Origin: Pseudomonadota bacterium
GTDB lineage: Bacteria; Pseudomonadota; Gammaproteobacteria; Burkholderiales; Burkholderiaceae_C
Direction: 5' to 3'
NCBI GenBank assembly: GCA_023442945.1
Contig: JAEZWW010000048.1
Coordinates: 856 to 64,855, forward strand
DNA: 64,000 nucleotides
This document shows, piece by piece, positions 18,724 to 27,860 of this stretch (its first letter is position 1; each line of letters opens with the position of its first letter). Both the position numbers and the translations under genes were made by a program. The notes under the pieces were generated by a model, which made no database searches, was not told where the DNA came from, and saw nothing but the letters and a program-made list of their open reading frames with translations.

Positions 18724-19323
18724 ATGGGCCGCATGGCCACCACCCACCTGCTCTACCTGCACGGCTTCCGCTCGTCACCGCAATCGACCAAGGCCCGCAT
18801 GGTCGGCGCGCGGGTGCAAGCCGACTACCCCGGCGTGACTTGGTGGTGCCCGCAGCTGCCGCCCTCGCCGCGCGAAGCCGCGGCGCTGATCCAGCAAGGC
18901 GTGGCCGACTGGCCGCGCGGGCAGATGGCGGTGTGCGGCTCGTCCCTGGGCGGCTTTTACGCCACCTGGCTGGCCGAGCAGGCCGGTTGCAAGGCGGTGC
19001 TGCTCAACCCCGCCATCGACCCAGCGCGCGACCTCACCCACTACATCGGCGAACAAACCGCCTGGCACGACCCGGCCGAGCGCTTCTTCTTCCGCCCAGA
19101 GTACATCGACGAGCTGCGCGCGCTGGAAACCGGCCCCGTCACCAGGCCCGAGCGCTACTTCGCTGTGATTGCCAAGGGCGACGAGTTGCTGGACTGGCGC
19201 GAAATGACCGGCCGCTACCCCGGCGTGCACGGCCGCCTGCTGGAAGGCAGCGACCACGCCCTCAGCGACTTTGACCAGCACATCGGCGCCGTGTTCGACT
19301 TCCTGGACCTGGCGCAGGCTTGA
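18724..19323 (+). CDS. YqiA/YcfP family alpha/beta-fold esterase
   Basis: HLLYLHGFRSSPQSTKA and the nucleophile elbow GSSLGGFYA. Start placed at ATG 18724; the ORF opens at 18631. Confidence 0.8.
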   Translation: MGRMATTHLLYLHGFRSSPQSTKARMVGARVQADYPGVTWWCPQLPPSPREAAALIQQGVADWPRGQMAVCGSSLGGFYATWLAEQAGCKAVLLNPAIDPARDLTHYIGEQTAWHDPAERFFFRPEYIDELRALETGPVTRPERYFAVIAKGDELLDWREMTGRYPGVHGRLLEGSDHALSDFDQHIGAVFDFLDLAQA

Positions 19324-19365
19324 GCGGGCACGGGTTCTGGCCGCGCTCGATCACCCGTTTGCACC

Positions 19366-19417
19366 TTTTTTGATAGCTGGCCGCGCAGTTCCCTGTAGGG
19401 CCAGAGGCCGATTTCAC
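19366..19417 (+). repeat. REP-like intergenic imperfect palindrome, copy 5 (forward orientation)
   Basis: ttttttGATAGCTGGCCGCGCAGttccCTGTAGGGCCAGAGGCCGATTTCac. Confidence 0.8.
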
Positions 19418-19447
19418 TAAAAACCGACGCACGACCCCAAGCGACGG

Positions 19448-19999
19448 TCACGCCGGCCGGGACACATGGCCGACGCGGTAGCGCTGGCCACCCACACCCG
19501 CCGCCGGCGCTGACGGCCACAGGGCAAAGCGCACCTGGGTCCAGGTCGTGGGCTCGTACGCGCTGAGCGCGGCGACGGCGCCGTGCTGGTCGACCAGGGC
19601 GTCGACATCGGCGGCCGCCTGTTCGCTGGAGCGCGCCAGGTCGCTGTGGGGCGCCAGCGGCAGCACTTCCCGCGTGGCGAAGGCGCTGGCCTGCCCGACG
19701 GCCGGGGCGCGCGCGTGCCAGACCGACCACAGCCTTACCGCCGGCCAGCCAAAGGACTCGGTCAGCGCGACGAAGCCCGGGCCGCTGAGGAAGCGGTTCA
19801 TCGCGTCGGCGTCCTGCCACAGGTAGAAGGGCGCGTACAGGTTTTCCGGGCCGTCCGCGCCGCGCTCGGCGTACAGGTAGGCCTTGAAGACCAGGCCTGG
19901 GAAGTCGTCCAGCAGCGGTCCCTTGGTGGCGATGCGCTCGCGGATCTCGGCCATCGCGAAGCTGGCGGGCAGCGCGAAGCTGTATTGCATGGCAAGCAT
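19448..19999 (-). CDS. DUF4865 family protein
   Basis: MLAMQYSFALPASFAMAEIRERIATKGPLLDDFPGLVFKAYLY is typical of DUF4865. Start placed at ATG 19999. Confidence 0.75.
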   Translation of the reverse strand: MLAMQYSFALPASFAMAEIRERIATKGPLLDDFPGLVFKAYLYAERGADGPENLYAPFYLWQDADAMNRFLSGPGFVALTESFGWPAVRLWSVWHARAPAVGQASAFATREVLPLAPHSDLARSSEQAAADVDALVDQHGAVAALSAYEPTTWTQVRFALWPSAPAAGVGGQRYRVGHVSRPA

Positions 20000-20016
20000 G
20001 GTGGGCCTACGCAGCG

Positions 20017-20445
20017 TCAAGCGCCGCGCGCCGAGGCGGCGGCGTCGGACGCGGCTTGCGCGCCGGCGGCGCTCCAGGCGCGCCCATCGCTGAAGGACCA
20101 GTCTTCGGGCTGCGTGGTCTGGATCACGATCATCACGTCCGCCGGCGCCACGCCGGGCGACGCGGCCCAGTGCTGCACCAGCGCGAGGTAGAACGCTGCC
20201 TTGGCCTCGGCCGTGCGCGGCCGCCCGGCCGTCACGGTCACCAGCAGCCAGTCGTCGCTGCGCGGGCCGCCGAGGTAGTGGCGGTCAAACACGCGCTGGT
20301 GCAGCGGGCGCGGCTCGAACAGCTGAAAGCGGTCGTCCGGCGGCACGTCAAACGCCTCCACCAGAGCCCGGTGCAGGCCGTCCGACAGCGCGGCGATGTA
20401 CTCGGGGGATTGGCCTTCGGGCAGGCTGATGCGGGTGTAGGGCAT
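20017..20445 (-). CDS. tautomerase family protein
   Basis: It starts MPYTRISL, with Pro1 exposed after Met removal. 142 aa. The 290-aa track ORF is an upstream over-extension. Confidence 0.7.
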   Translation of the reverse strand: MPYTRISLPEGQSPEYIAALSDGLHRALVEAFDVPPDDRFQLFEPRPLHQRVFDRHYLGGPRSDDWLLVTVTAGRPRTAEAKAAFYLALVQHWAASPGVAPADVMIVIQTTQPEDWSFSDGRAWSAAGAQAASDAAASARGA

Positions 20446-20456
20446 GGTGGGGCCTT

Positions 20457-20819
20457 TCAGGAATCGGTTGCGGGTGTGGGTGTGCGTGTCAACGCGCCCA
20501 GCAGCGGCACGGCAGAGGCCGCGCAGGGCCAGCCGGCGTAGAAGGCCAGGTACGTGATGGCCTCGGCCAGCTCGTCGCTGCTGAGGCCGTTGTCCACCGC
20601 GCGCTGTAGATGAAACGGCAGCTGGCCGACGCGGTTCAGCGCGACCAGCGCCGCGACAGTGATCAGGCTGCGGTCGCGCGGGGACAGGCCGGGGCGCTGC
20701 CAGACGTCGCCGAACAGCACATCGTCGGTGTAGCGGGCGAAGGCCGGCGCGTGGCGCTGGAAGGCGGCGCGCTCGGCGGCGCCGGGGGCGTCTGGGGTGG
20801 AAGGGGAATGCGCTGACAT
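20457..20819 (-). CDS. carboxymuconolactone decarboxylase family protein
   Basis: FGDVWQRPGLSPRDRSLITVAALVALNR...ELAEAITYLAFYAGWP. 120 aa. Confidence 0.85.
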   Translation of the reverse strand: MSAHSPSTPDAPGAAERAAFQRHAPAFARYTDDVLFGDVWQRPGLSPRDRSLITVAALVALNRVGQLPFHLQRAVDNGLSSDELAEAITYLAFYAGWPCAASAVPLLGALTRTPTPATDS

Positions 20820-20864
20820 CGGAGGTCCTTGAAATCGCTGAGGCCCGATGGTCGCGCCGTCGAA

Positions 20865-20879
20865 TGATTTTGAAAATCA
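20865..20879. promoter_or_regulatory. candidate LysR-type operator: perfect palindrome TGATTTT-G-AAAATCA
   Basis: It lies in the divergent intergenic region between the CMD-tautomerase-DUF4865 operon and the LysR gene at 20922. The dyad is AT-rich, of the kind LTTRs bind. Confidence 0.45.
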
Positions 20880-20921
20880 GATTTATCAACTACAATCATC
20901 CCAAATAACAGGACGATCACC

Positions 20922-21815
20922 ATGCACCAACCCCTGCTCGACCTACAAGCCCTGCGCAGCCTGGCCACGGGCGTGGACCTGGCCAGCTTCGCCAAGGCGG
21001 CGGACCAGTTGGGGCGGTCCACTTCGGCCATCAGCGCCCAGCTGAAGAAGCTGGAAGACCAGGTGGGCGAGCGCCTGCTGCAAAAGGACGGCCGCGGCCT
21101 GGTGCCGACGCCGGCCGGCGAGGTGCTGCTGGGCTATGCGCGCCGCCTGCTGGAGCTGAACGACGAAGCCGTGCACGCAGCGCGCGGCGCGCGCCTCAGT
21201 GGCGAGGTGCGCCTGGGTGTACAGGAGGACTTTGGCGAACGCCTGTTGCCCGGCGTGCTGGGCGCCTTCGCGCGCGCCCACCCGCAGGTGCTGATCGAAA
21301 CCCGGCTGGCGCGCAACAGCGAATTGCTGCGCGACATCGAGCAGCGCCGCCTGGACCTGGCGCTGGCCTGGGATGCGGGCCCGCCCGACCCGGCGCACCG
21401 GCGCCTGGGCCAGTTGCCCATGTGCTGGATTGGCCCAGCGCGCGGCGACTGGCCAGCGGGCGCCGGCGCGGCGTCGCTGCCGCTGGTCGCGCTGGAGTCG
21501 CCCTGCCTGATGCGCCGCGCGGCGGTGCAGGCGCTGGACGGCGCCGGCATCCCTTGGCGCCTGGCCTTCACCAGCTCCAGCCTGGCGGGCACCTGGGCCG
21601 CGGTGGCGGCGGGCCTGGGCGTCACCGTGCGCACCACGGCCGGCATCCCGGCCGGGCTGGCGGTGCTGGACGGCCTGCCGCCGCTGCCGTCGATTGGGCT
21701 CACGGTGTACCGCGCGCAGGCCCAAGCCGAGCCCGCCGTGCGCCAGCTGGAGGCGCTGCTGGTCGACCATGTCCAGTCTTACGACCTGGTGCCAGAAGCA
21801 GCGCACAGCGCCTGA
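20922..21815 (+). CDS. LysR family transcriptional regulator
   Basis: The N-terminal wHTH region LQALRSLATGVDLASFAKAADQLGRSTSAISAQLKKLEDQVGERLL is followed by a substrate-binding domain. 297 aa. Confidence 0.9.
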   Translation: MHQPLLDLQALRSLATGVDLASFAKAADQLGRSTSAISAQLKKLEDQVGERLLQKDGRGLVPTPAGEVLLGYARRLLELNDEAVHAARGARLSGEVRLGVQEDFGERLLPGVLGAFARAHPQVLIETRLARNSELLRDIEQRRLDLALAWDAGPPDPAHRRLGQLPMCWIGPARGDWPAGAGAASLPLVALESPCLMRRAAVQALDGAGIPWRLAFTSSSLAGTWAAVAAGLGVTVRTTAGIPAGLAVLDGLPPLPSIGLTVYRAQAQAEPAVRQLEALLVDHVQSYDLVPEAAHSA

Positions 21816-21856
21816 AGCCGGGCGACCCGCCCAAGGATGGGAAAATCCCCCCATCT

Positions 21857-23932
21857 ATGCATGTTCTCTTTGACGAAGGCGGCAAATTCCTCGCCGGCCG
21901 CATCCTTTCCGAGGCCGAGGCCTCGGCCCAGGTCGAACTCGATTCGGGCAAGCGCCTGAAGGTCAAATCCGCCAACCAGCTGCTGCGCTTTGACAAACCG
22001 GCGCCGGCCGAGCTGCTGGCGCAGGCGCAGGCCACCGCGGCCGAGGTCGAACTGCCGCTGGCCTGGGAATTCGCGCCCGAGGCCGAGTTCAGCTTTGACG
22101 AGCTGGCCGCCGACTACTTTGGCGACGCGCCCGACGTGGTGCGGCGCACCGCCATGCTGATGGCGCTGCAGGACGCGCCGCACTACTTCCGCCGCGCCGG
22201 CAAGGGGCGCTTTCGCAAGGCGCCGGCCGACATCGTGGCGCAGGCGCTGGCCGCGATCGAGAAGAAAAAGCAGATCGCCGCGCAGATCAACGAATGGGCG
22301 GCCGCGCTGGTGGCTGGCCAGACGCCGCAGCCGGTGCGCGACCAGCTCTACAAAATCCTGTTCAAGCCGGACAAGAACGCACCCGAGTACAAAGCCGTGG
22401 TGGAGGCCAGCCGCAGCGCGCAGCTGGCGCCGCTGACGCTGCTGCAGCGCGCCGGCGCGATTGAATCGCCCTACCAGTTCCACTGGCAGCGCTTTCTGTT
22501 CGAAAACTTCCCCAAGGGCACGGGCTTCCCGCCACTGGCTGCTGCGGCGATCACCGAAGAGCTGCCGCTGGCTGACGTGCAGGCTTTCTCGATCGACGAC
22601 TCACACACGACGGAGATTGACGACGCGTTGTCTCTGCAAGGCTTGGGCACGGGCACCGTGGTGGTGGGCATCCACATCGCGGCACCGGGCCTGGCGATCC
22701 AGCCCGACGACGCCGTGGACCAGGTCGCCCGTGCGCGCCTGTCCACCGTGTACATGCCGGGCTACAAGATCACCATGCTGCCCGATGAGGTGGTGCAGAC
22801 CTACACGCTGAGCGAAGGGCGCGACGTGCCCGCGGTGTCGCTGTACGTGACGATGAACGAGGCAACGTTCGAGATCCAGCACAGCGAAACGCGGCTGGAG
22901 CGCGTGCCGATCGCCGCCAACCTGCGCCACGACCAGCTCGACCACATCGTCACGCCCGAGTGGTTGGCCGGCACCGCCATCAACCATCCAGATGACGCCC
23001 TGCCGGCGCCAGCAGGGCGCGAGCAGCTCTCATTTTTATACCGCCTGGCGCAACACCTGAAGGCCGGGCGCGAACGCGTGCGCGGCAAGCCAGAGACCTT
23101 CAGCCGGCCCGACTACACCTTTCGCCTGCTGGGTCAGACCGACGACGCGCCCACGGGCAAGGAACAGGTGCAGATCACCACGCGCCAGCGCGGCGCGCCG
23201 CTGGATTTGATCGTGGCCGAAGCCATGATCCTGGCCAACAGCACCTGGGGCCAGTGGCTGGGCTCGCTCGGCATCCCCGGCATCTACCGCAGCCAGGCCA
23301 GCCTGCTGCCGGGCATCAAGGTGCGCATGGGCGCCAAGGCGTTGCCGCACGCGGGCATCGGCGTGCCCAGCTACGCCTGGAGCACCTCGCCCCTGCGCCG
23401 CTACGTCGACCTGGTCAACCAGTGGCAAATCATTGCCGCCGCGCGCCACGGCAAGACGGCGGCGCTGGCCGCGCCCTTCAAGCCCAAGGACGCGCAGCTG
23501 TTCGCCGTCATCAGCGCGTTCGATGCGGCCTACAGCGCCTACAACGCGCACCAGGCCAGCATGGAGCGCTTCTGGACGCTGCAGCACCTGCGCCAGCACG
23601 GCACGACCGAGCTCACGGCGCAGCTGATCAAGGAAATGCCCGGCGGCGCCTGGCTGGTGCGCGCGGACGACCTGCCGCTGGTCTTCAGCGTCATGGGCGC
23701 GCAGGCGCTGGTGCGCGGCATGCGCGTGCGCGTGAAGCTGGGCGCGATCGACGACATTTCGCTGGACGTGCACGGCACCGTGGCGGAAGTCTTGGCCGCC
23801 GACGCCAGCGCGGCCAGCCCCAGCGACGACACCAGCGATGAGGAAGATGACGCATCCGCGGCCGGCCCGTTGACGATTGCGGTCGACGTGAACGAGAACG
23901 AGGCTGGAAGCCCTGATAATCCGGCCTCGTAA
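21857..23932 (+). CDS. RNB domain-containing ribonuclease (RNase II/R family)
   Basis: The ATG at 21857 gives MHVLFDEGGKFLAGRI. RNB motifs are FSIDDSHTTEIDDALS and YAWSTSPLRRYVDLVNQWQI. The C-terminal tail is acidic. The track ORF start at 21422 overlaps the LysR gene and is an over-extension. Confidence 0.88.
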   Translation: MHVLFDEGGKFLAGRILSEAEASAQVELDSGKRLKVKSANQLLRFDKPAPAELLAQAQATAAEVELPLAWEFAPEAEFSFDELAADYFGDAPDVVRRTAMLMALQDAPHYFRRAGKGRFRKAPADIVAQALAAIEKKKQIAAQINEWAAALVAGQTPQPVRDQLYKILFKPDKNAPEYKAVVEASRSAQLAPLTLLQRAGAIESPYQFHWQRFLFENFPKGTGFPPLAAAAITEELPLADVQAFSIDDSHTTEIDDALSLQGLGTGTVVVGIHIAAPGLAIQPDDAVDQVARARLSTVYMPGYKITMLPDEVVQTYTLSEGRDVPAVSLYVTMNEATFEIQHSETRLERVPIAANLRHDQLDHIVTPEWLAGTAINHPDDALPAPAGREQLSFLYRLAQHLKAGRERVRGKPETFSRPDYTFRLLGQTDDAPTGKEQVQITTRQRGAPLDLIVAEAMILANSTWGQWLGSLGIPGIYRSQASLLPGIKVRMGAKALPHAGIGVPSYAWSTSPLRRYVDLVNQWQIIAAARHGKTAALAAPFKPKDAQLFAVISAFDAAYSAYNAHQASMERFWTLQHLRQHGTTELTAQLIKEMPGGAWLVRADDLPLVFSVMGAQALVRGMRVRVKLGAIDDISLDVHGTVAEVLAADASAASPSDDTSDEEDDASAAGPLTIAVDVNENEAGSPDNPAS

Positions 23933-24837
23933 TGCTGCGTTTTTTCAAGTCGCTGTCGACCCTGCAATGGGCCCTGGGCCTGTCGTTCTTGCTTCACGCC
24001 GTGGTGCTGACGGTGCGCTTTGTCGACCCCGAGGGTTTCCAGCGCGTGTTTCAGGACACCACACTGGACGTGGTGCTGGTCAACGCCAAGTCGGACGAAG
24101 CCCCGGAGAAGCCTCAGGCCATCGCCCAGGCCAACCTGGCCGGCGGTGGCGAGGCCGAAGGCCGGCGCATTGCCACCACGCCGCTGCCGCCCAGCCTGCA
24201 GGAATCCGCCGGTGACGCCCCCGTCCAAGAGAGCCAGCGCCGCATCGACAACATGCTGGAGCAGCAAGAGGTGCTCCTGGCCCAGGTGCGCCAGCAGCTG
24301 GCGGCCATGCCCAAGGTCAACCCGCAGAAGCTGAGCGACGACCCCGAAGCGCAGGCGCAGGAAGAGCGCCGCCAGCAGCTGTCCAAACTGCTGGCCGCCA
24401 TCGAGCAGCGCGTCGACGAAGAAAACTCGCGCCCGCGCAAACGCTTTTTGAGCCCTTCCACGCTGGGCACGACCTACGCGCAGTACTACGACGACATGCG
24501 CCGCAAGATCGAGGTCGAAGGCACGACCAACTTCCCGCAGATGGCCGGCCGCAAGCTGTACGGCGAGCTGCTGATGGCGCTGCTGATCAACAAGGACGGC
24601 CGCATCGTCGATGCGCGGGTGGTGCAAAGCTCGGGCAACCGCGCGCTGGACCGTTTTGCCGAGCTGATCGCCTCGCGCTCGGCACCATTCGGCCCGTTCA
24701 CGGCGGCGATGCGCAAGGACACCGACCAGTTCGACGTGACGGCGCGCTTCAAGTTCACGCACGATCAGAAGCTGGAAACCACGCTGCAGGCGGATCCGCT
24801 GGCCACGGCTGTAAAGAACGGTGAAACACCCCCCTGA
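23932..24837 (+). CDS. TonB C-terminal domain-containing membrane protein
   Basis: N-terminal TM helix (WALGLSFLLHAVVLTV). The C-terminal region NFPQMAGRKLYGELLMALLINKDGRIVDARVVQSSGNRALDRFA is TonB_C-like. The start overlaps the RNB stop codon (TAATG). Confidence 0.75.
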   Translation: MLRFFKSLSTLQWALGLSFLLHAVVLTVRFVDPEGFQRVFQDTTLDVVLVNAKSDEAPEKPQAIAQANLAGGGEAEGRRIATTPLPPSLQESAGDAPVQESQRRIDNMLEQQEVLLAQVRQQLAAMPKVNPQKLSDDPEAQAQEERRQQLSKLLAAIEQRVDEENSRPRKRFLSPSTLGTTYAQYYDDMRRKIEVEGTTNFPQMAGRKLYGELLMALLINKDGRIVDARVVQSSGNRALDRFAELIASRSAPFGPFTAAMRKDTDQFDVTARFKFTHDQKLETTLQADPLATAVKNGETPP

Positions 24838-25037
24838 GTCGCCTTCGGCGCCATCCCCCCTCTCTCTTCGCGCTGCGCGCTTCGGGAGGGGCGACAACGC
24901 CAATGCCCGGCGCAGGTCCGGGCATGGCGTTCGCGGGGGCGGTGGGCTGCGCCACCGCGGCTTGAATACCAGCGGTTCCGCGCTTGATTCACCTGGCGAG
25001 GCTGTCATGACGGCATCGAACGTCTGCCGCAGTCACC

Positions 25038-25784
25038 ATGTTTGGTGCGCCTGACATGCTGCGCACCTTCGGCCGCTGGATTCTGCTGTGCCTGCTGGCG
25101 CTGCTGTTGCTGGAGGCGTTTTTTATCGGCCGCATCGCGCTGATGGCGGTGCTGGACCCGAAGTCGACGGCGTTTCAGCGCTCGGAGGCGTGGCGGCTGG
25201 CGACGCAGGGCGAGCTGCGCTGGCGGCAGGACTGGCGCGATTACGACCAGATATCGGACCACCTGAAGCGCGCGGTGATCGCGTCGGAAGACGACAGCTT
25301 CGTCAACCACGAGGGCGTGGACTGGGACGCGATTGAAAAGGCCTGGCAGCGCAACGCCAAGGCCGAAGAAGCAGCGGCCGCGCGCGCCGAGCAGAACCGC
25401 CCCGCGCGGCCGGTGCGCATCCGGGGCGGATCGACCATCACGCAGCAGCTGGCCAAAAACCTGTTCCTTTCCGGCGAGCGCACGCTGGCGCGCAAGGGGC
25501 AGGAGCTGGTGCTGACCTACGCGCTGGAGACGCTGCTGAGCAAGCGGCGCATCCTGGAGATCTACCTCAACAACGTCGAATGGGGCGAAGGCGTGTTCGG
25601 TGCCGAAGCGGCCGCGCAGCACTATTTCCGCAAGAGCGCGGCGCAGCTGAGCGCCCGCGAAGCGGCGCGCCTGGCCGTGATGCTGCCGCGCCCGCGCTAC
25701 TTCGAGAAGCTGCCGCGCTCCGCCTACCTGAACAACCGCACCTCAATCATCATGGGGCGCATGCGCTCGGCCGAACTGCCCTGA
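25038..25784 (+). CDS. mtgA: monofunctional biosynthetic peptidoglycan transglycosylase
   Basis: GT51 motifs IASEDDSFVNHEGVDW, GGSTITQQLAKN and RKGQELVLTYALE. The start could instead be 25056. Confidence 0.92.
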   Translation: MFGAPDMLRTFGRWILLCLLALLLLEAFFIGRIALMAVLDPKSTAFQRSEAWRLATQGELRWRQDWRDYDQISDHLKRAVIASEDDSFVNHEGVDWDAIEKAWQRNAKAEEAAAARAEQNRPARPVRIRGGSTITQQLAKNLFLSGERTLARKGQELVLTYALETLLSKRRILEIYLNNVEWGEGVFGAEAAAQHYFRKSAAQLSAREAARLAVMLPRPRYFEKLPRSAYLNNRTSIIMGRMRSAELP

Positions 25785-25816
25785 GCGGCCACCCGATGCG
25801 CCCCGTGGGCGTGCGT

Positions 25817-25876
25817 TGATTTCATACCGATTCGCCCCCTGCCCTAGTCCAACCTGCGCGGCCAGCTATAATTTTT
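25817..25876 (-). repeat. REP-like intergenic imperfect palindrome, copy 6 (reverse orientation)
   Basis: tgatttcataCCGATTcgccccctGCCCTAgtccaaCCTGCGCGGCCAGCTATaattttt. It ends 7 nt before the ruvC ATG. Confidence 0.8.
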
Positions 25877-25882
25877 GAAGCA

Positions 25883-26422
25883 ATGAGAGTGCTTGGCATT
25901 GACCCCGGACTGCGCACCACGGGCTTTGGCGTGCTCGACGTGGATGGGCCGCGTCTGCGCTACGTGGCCAGCGGCGTGATCGAAACGCGCGAAGTCGACC
26001 AGGGGCATTTGCCGGCGCGGCTGAAGGTGTTGTTCGACGGCATTGCCGAGCTGAACGCACGCTACCGGCCCGAGGTGGCGGCGGTGGAGATCGTCTTCGT
26101 CAATGTCAACCCGCAGGCCACACTGCTGCTGGGCCAGGCGCGCGGCGCCTGCGTGACGGCGCTGGTGGCGGGCAACCTGCCGGTGGCCGAGTACACCGCG
26201 CTGCAGATGAAAAAAGCCGTGGCCGGCCATGGCCGCGCGGCCAAGGCGCAGGTGCAGGCGATGGTGCAGCGGCTGCTGCAACTGCCCTCGGCGCCGCGCC
26301 CCGATGCGGCCGACGCGCTGGGCCTGGCCATCACCCACGCCCACGCCGGCGCAGCGCTGGCGCGGCTGGCGTCGGCCGGCCAAGCGCGGCGCACCAGCAG
26401 CATGTACCGGCAGTCGCGCTGA
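25883..26422 (+). CDS. ruvC: crossover junction endodeoxyribonuclease RuvC
   Basis: [19 protein letters not shown]. 179 aa, with the conserved acidic catalytic residues in context. Confidence 0.95.
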   Translation: MRVLGIDPGLRTTGFGVLDVDGPRLRYVASGVIETREVDQGHLPARLKVLFDGIAELNARYRPEVAAVEIVFVNVNPQATLLLGQARGACVTALVAGNLPVAEYTALQMKKAVAGHGRAAKAQVQAMVQRLLQLPSAPRPDAADALGLAITHAHAGAALARLASAGQARRTSSMYRQSR

Positions 26423-26427
26423 GCGAT

Positions 26428-26492
26428 GTTTTCAAGCCTTTTGGGCCGCTGGCCCTACAAGCATCTGCGCGAGCAGCTACTACTTTTATAGC
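26428..26492 (-). repeat. REP-like intergenic imperfect palindrome, copy 7 (reverse orientation)
   Basis: gttttcaagccttttgGGCCGCTGGCCCTACAAGCATCTGCGCGAGCAGCTActacttttaTAGC. Confidence 0.8.
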
Positions 26493-26509
26493 GCAACTGT
26501 GCGCCGCTT

Positions 26510-26686
26510 CTACAGCACGCGCTCGGCGATCAGCACCGCAAAGAAGCCCAGCGCGGCCAACAGCGTCCACTTCAGCACCACCCAGCCGATGACGCGAAAG
26601 CGTGGCTGGCCCGTGGCGGCGTAGTACGCAAAGCACACGCCCGACACCAGCAAGAGCAGCAGGATGAGCCAGCGAAACAGCAGCAC
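26510..26686 (-). CDS. possible small membrane protein downstream of lpxC (58 aa, GTG start)
   Basis: Two hydrophobic helices (LLFRWLILLLLLVSGVCFAYY and VVLKWTLLAALGFFAVLIA). Only a GTG start is available and no RBS is seen. The rest of the 295-aa track ORF is an alternative frame of lpxC. Confidence 0.3.
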   Translation of the reverse strand: MLLFRWLILLLLLVSGVCFAYYAATGQPRFRVIGWVVLKWTLLAALGFFAVLIAERVL

Positions 26687-26718
26687 GTTGGTGCGGACGA
26701 ACGGTGCGGCGCCGGCGC

Positions 26719-27642
26719 TTACCAGGCGCGCGCCAGCTGCGCAAAGCCCTGCGGGGCCTGGCGCTCGTCTTCGAAAGTGACGATTTCCCACGCGTCTTCG
26801 TGCGACAGCAATTCGCGCAGCAGGCGGTTGTTGAGCGCGTGGCCGGAGCGGAACGCGGTGTAGGCGGCCAGCATCGGCTTGCCGACGCAGTACAGGTCGC
26901 CGATGGCGTCGAGGATCTTGTGCTTGGCGAATTCCTCGGCATAGCGCAGGCCGTCGGCGTTGAGCACCTTGGTGTCGTCCATGACGACGGCGTTGTCCAG
27001 GCCACCGCCCAGCGCCAGACCGTTGGCGCGCATGGTCTCCACGTCCTTGCTGAAGGCGAAGGTGCGCGCGCGCGCGATGTCGCGGCTGTAGCGGCCCGAG
27101 CCCATGTCGAATTCGACGCGCTGGCCCGTGGCGTCGATCGCCGGGTGCTGGAAGTCGATCTCGAACGCGAGCGTGAAGCCGTGGTGCGGCGCCAGGCGTG
27201 CCCACTTGAGCTGATCGCCCTCGCCTTCGCGCACCTCCACCTCGCGCTTGACGCGCAGGAACTGCTTGGGCGCCTTCTGCTGTTCGATGCCCGCGCTTTG
27301 CAGCAGGTACACGAAGGAAGACGACGAGCCGTCGAGGATCGGCACTTCTTCGGCCGTGATGTCGATGTACAGGTTGTCCAGCCCCAAGCCAGCGCACGCC
27401 GACATCAGGTGTTCGACGGTGCGGACCTTGGCATCGCCCTGGGACAGCGTGGACGCCAGGCGCGTGTCGGTCACCGACAGGGCCGACACGGGGATGTCGA
27501 CCGGTTGCGGCAGGTCGATGCGGCGAAAGACGATGCCGGTGCCCGGCGGCGCGGGGCGCAGCGTGAGCTCAACCCGCTCGCCGCTGTGCAGGCCGACCCC
27601 GACCGCGCGGGTCAGGGATTTGAGGGTGCGTTGCGCAAGCAT
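26719..27642 (-). CDS. lpxC: UDP-3-O-acyl-N-acetylglucosamine deacetylase
   Basis: [24 protein letters not shown] and [14 protein letters not shown]. 307 aa from ATG 27642. Confidence 0.95.
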   Translation of the reverse strand: MLAQRTLKSLTRAVGVGLHSGERVELTLRPAPPGTGIVFRRIDLPQPVDIPVSALSVTDTRLASTLSQGDAKVRTVEHLMSACAGLGLDNLYIDITAEEVPILDGSSSSFVYLLQSAGIEQQKAPKQFLRVKREVEVREGEGDQLKWARLAPHHGFTLAFEIDFQHPAIDATGQRVEFDMGSGRYSRDIARARTFAFSKDVETMRANGLALGGGLDNAVVMDDTKVLNADGLRYAEEFAKHKILDAIGDLYCVGKPMLAAYTAFRSGHALNNRLLRELLSHEDAWEIVTFEDERQAPQGFAQLARAW

Positions 27643-27704
27643 GGGGTCGATTTTAGGGCGGCGGGCGCTCGCCACGCGCGCAGAGGGCCATCGGTTCGGC
27701 ATGT

Positions 27705-27771
27705 GAAATCAAGTGCCAAATAGGCCGCCAGCCCAGGTGGATTCTGCGCAGGCAGCTTCTTTATTCATAGC
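27705..27771 (-). repeat. REP-like element, copy 8 (reverse orientation, more divergent)
   Basis: gaaatcaagtGCCAAATAGGccgccaGCCCaggtggattCTGCGCAGGCAGCTtctttattcaTAGC. It shares the GCCAAATAGG flank with copy 9. Confidence 0.6.
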
Positions 27772-27804
27772 AAAAAGCGCTGCTCGGGGTCACCGGGCAG
27801 CGCT
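27771..27804 (-). terminator. rho-independent terminator after ftsZ
   Basis: On the minus strand: AGCGCTGC-13 nt loop-GCAGCGCT followed by TTTTTG. It lies about 57 nt downstream of the ftsZ stop. Confidence 0.7.
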
Positions 27805-27860
27805 TTGCTTGCCTTGACTTGAACGCACGAGGCGTCCCGGCCGTGGACCGGCGCGGTCGC

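Noticed and set aside
24897-24930. 13-bp stem-loop ACGCCAATGCCCGG-cgcaggt-CCGGGCATGGCGT after the TonB-like gene, considered as a terminator.
   Set aside because: No U-tract follows on either strand and mtgA follows on the same strand, so I cannot support a terminator call from sequence alone.
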